From positions 8,290-72,289 of the forward strand of contig CAZNAE010000001.1 in the NCBI GenBank assembly GCA_964570695.1: a stretch of DNA of 64,000 nucleotides, read 5' to 3'. The translations under genes and the position numbers were made by a program. Every line of letters begins with the position of its first letter. Positions within the stretch are counted from its first letter, which is position 1. Origin of the DNA: an uncultured Devosia sp. Lineage in GTDB: Bacteria > Pseudomonadota > Alphaproteobacteria > Rhizobiales > Devosiaceae. The notes beneath the pieces are model-generated. The model saw nothing but the letters and a program-made list of their open reading frames with translations. It had not been told where the DNA came from and did no database searches. Shown here piece by piece: positions 63,707 to 64,000 of this stretch.

Positions 63707-63991
63707 CTACTCGTCGTCATCGTCGCGTGGCGCGTTCTGCATGCCGAGCGCCGCCATGTAGAGGTCGAGCAGCGCTTCCTGCTCCAGCCGCTCGGCGGCG
63801 TCCTGCTTGCGGATACGGACGATCTGGCGCAGCACCTTGGTGTCGAAGCCGTTGCCCTTGGCTTCGGCGTAGATCTCCTTGATGTCGTCGGCGATCGCCT
63901 TCTTTTCTTCCTCCATGCGCTCGATGCGCTCGATGAAGGCGCGCAACTGGTCCTGCGCGACGCTGTCGGTCGAAACGGTCTGGGCGGCCAT
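63707..63991 (-). CDS. gapR: DUF2312 nucleoid-associated protein GapR
   Basis: [48 protein letters not shown]. Confidence 0.93.
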   Translation of the reverse strand: MAAQTVSTDSVAQDQLRAFIERIERMEEEKKAIADDIKEIYAEAKGNGFDTKVLRQIVRIRKQDAAERLEQEALLDLYMAALGMQNAPRDDDDE

Positions 63992-64000
63992 GGGGGCACT

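Overview
High-GC alphaproteobacterial chromosomal segment. Gene content, synteny and regulatory motifs point to Hyphomicrobiales/Rhizobiales; a Devosia-like affinity is my inference. It is almost entirely core genome: glmM (partial)-ftsH-tilS-cpoB-pal-tolB/A/R/Q-ybgC-ruvCAB-yebC, rcdA, rpmE, an MsbA-like ABC exporter, a non-flagellar MotA/MotB-like pair, suhB, tkt-gap-pgk-fba, zapA-6S RNA-ygfA-ymdB, trcR, purEK, rpsU, soxR, pntAAB, pepF, a TacA-like sigma54 activator, an L,D-transpeptidase plus a MepK-like peptidase, dxs, a P450, a ClC transporter and gapR. I saw no rRNA, tRNA, CRISPR array, transposase, integrase or prophage. The unusual signals are small and lie between core genes: (i) an unannotated ~95-nt four-hairpin sRNA candidate with loop-exposed CU-rich motifs behind a perfect CtrA box, upstream of rcdA; (ii) a CtrA box -> TacA-like activator -> putative sigma54 promoter -> L,D-transpeptidase arrangement; (iii) a SoxR box and 19-bp-spacer promoter driving an uncharacterised 4-TM protein; (iv) four type II toxin-antitoxin loci (two intact pairs, one pair with a frameshifted toxin, one decayed orphan antitoxin) wedged into core gene junctions, one inside the putatively LexA-controlled ruvCAB operon; (v) intergenic palindromic repeat elements. 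All family calls come from motif recognition, not database searches, and I adjusted many start codons by eye from the ORF track.
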